A stretch of DNA of 64,000 bases from NCBI GenBank assembly GCA_903831825.1, contig CAIKZE010000219.1:2025-66024 (forward strand), given 5' to 3'. Below the pieces are notes generated by a model. It searched no databases. It worked only from the letters and a program-made list of their open reading frames with translations, and was not told where the DNA came from. This document shows, in pieces, positions 62,904 to 64,000 of the stretch. Source of the DNA: an uncultured Lentisphaeria bacterium (GTDB lineage Bacteria > Verrucomicrobiota > Lentisphaeria > Victivallales > Victivallaceae). Each line of letters opens with the position of its first letter. The stretch's first letter is position 1. Both the position numbers and the translations under genes were made by a program.

Positions 62904-63912
62904 AGATCACTTTTTGGAATCGCTGCTGGACCTTTTGTGGCGGCAATGGTCGGCGCTGGGCGTGAGCGGTTACGGCAAAGCGCAAAATTCCGTAGTCATC
63001 GATCCCGAGGCGCTGCTGATTTTCAGTTGTTCAATCTGCCGTTACGATCAGCGGCTGTTTGATGCAATGCTTGACTGGCTGGACAAAAACGAACGCTTTA
63101 TCAACATCCAAAGATTGCGGACCATGATAAGCAAGGAAAAGTTTGCCGCCGCCGACATCCTGGCCGCCGTTGCGGCATGCATGGCGGACAAAAACCCGAC
63201 TCCGAAGTGGCGGCGCCTGGCCGATGCCGTCGAACGGGCTGCGGATAAAAACAGCGGCAGTTTGTTCTTTTTGAAAAATGGCGACCCCATGCCGGTGTTG
63301 GGAAAGGAAGATGCTGTTTTCCGGCAATACGGGTATCTGCGCAGTCCGGTGGAAAACCGCAACCGGGCAATCGCATTTCCACCATACTCGCCCGAAACGC
63401 TGCTGCTGCAAATGCGCGCGTTGTTTGGTATCGGCGCCAAAAGCGAGACTTTGCTATACCTGCTTCTCAATGAAAAAGGCGCTATTCAGGACATTGCATC
63501 AAATACCTATTATTCCTGGCGTTCGATTCAGGATGCGCTGTTTGAGATGGGACATTCCGGCCTGCTTTACTTTCCGGAAAGCAAACGCGGACGGTTTTAC
63601 CGTCTGGACGGCAAACCATGGCTTGATATCCTCCTCCGGGAACATCAGAAAAAAATACGATGGATCTGCTGGCCGCCGTTATTCCGGGCATTTGAACTGA
63701 TATGGGAAAAATTCAATAATCCTGAATTTCTGGAATCGTCTCCATTGGCGCAAACCGCCGAACTGGGAGAACTCATGCGGACCGACATCGCCGACCGGAT
63801 GGAACGTGCCGGCTTGGGAAGTCTGATTACTAATTACGGCGCTGACGCCGAAGAAGCATATCTCGAATCATTCCAGACGAATATTGATAACTCGTTGCGA
63901 GAAGTATCATAA
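62872..63912 (+). CDS. Hypothetical protein, partner of the NTase-fold gene
   Basis: 346-aa ORF that overlaps the upstream gene by 32 nt. An alternative ATG is at 62878. I recognise no motif. Confidence 0.6.
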   Translation: MAMAMPPKEFRDHFLESLLDLLWRQWSALGVSGYGKAQNSVVIDPEALLIFSCSICRYDQRLFDAMLDWLDKNERFINIQRLRTMISKEKFAAADILAAVAACMADKNPTPKWRRLADAVERAADKNSGSLFFLKNGDPMPVLGKEDAVFRQYGYLRSPVENRNRAIAFPPYSPETLLLQMRALFGIGAKSETLLYLLLNEKGAIQDIASNTYYSWRSIQDALFEMGHSGLLYFPESKRGRFYRLDGKPWLDILLREHQKKIRWICWPPLFRAFELIWEKFNNPEFLESSPLAQTAELGELMRTDIADRMERAGLGSLITNYGADAEEAYLESFQTNIDNSLREVS

Positions 63913-64000
63913 CTCTTTATGGTCAAAATCAGTAATATTGCGCAATTCGCTACCGGAGTTCTCCCGGCAGTTTGACAGAGTGTTGTTTAACCATGCAAAT

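Noticed and set aside
1-64000. tRNA, rRNA, tmRNA or other standard RNA genes in the intergenic regions
   Set aside because: By-eye scanning of all gaps longer than 100 nt found no cloverleaf-compatible arms, no GTTCGAATC-type T-loops and no rRNA-like segments. A covariance-model scan is still needed to be certain.

Overview
64-kb chromosomal window with intermediate GC by eye and dense coding. I support 52 CDS and 1 pseudogene. I found no rRNA, tRNA or CRISPR array. The organism is probably from the PVC superphylum (Lentisphaerota/Verrucomicrobiota-like). This is inference only, based on pilin-like proteins with [23 protein letters not shown]-termini and C-terminal (D/E)GHV boxes, many secreted CAZyme-like proteins and ROK regulators. 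Content in order: (1) a 3-gene amino-sugar modification cluster (LbH acetyltransferase, GT2, DegT aminotransferase). (2) An esterase and a complete pstSCAB-phoU operon with Pho-box-like repeats. (3) A 1.4-kb gene-free mosaic repeat array. It is followed by accessory cassettes bounded by a 147-bp direct repeat: a 5'-truncated DUF1016 PD-(D/E)XK nuclease gene, higBA and DUF6429. (4) Core genes: PfkB kinase, prfB without a programmed frameshift, rnhC, galM, AraC. (5) A tightly coupled 7-gene type-IV-filament/T2SS-like operon: an 821-aa membrane protein, two GspF/PilC paralogs, a short GspE/ComGA-like ATPase and three atypical pseudopilins. It has no secretin, prepilin peptidase or major pilin. 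(6) A ROK-regulated CAZyme-like locus containing a pilin-like (D/E)GHV-box protein. (7) GT-C glycosyltransferase, frr, EamA, cupin lipoprotein, flavodoxin pseudogene, cstA, fucI, an EF-G paralog, PP2C, yceD, coaD, ribF, and a MerR-TM-coiled-coil protein. (8) A second pilin-like plus CAZyme-like plus ROK locus, then dapB and an SBP. (9) A second mosaic repeat array paralogous to the first, again followed by an accessory cassette (minimal nucleotidyltransferase plus an unknown partner). The most unusual signals are the two paralogous repeat arrays with their hairpin modules and associated cassettes, and the orphan type-IV-filament operon together with pilin-like genes that lack Gly at -1.
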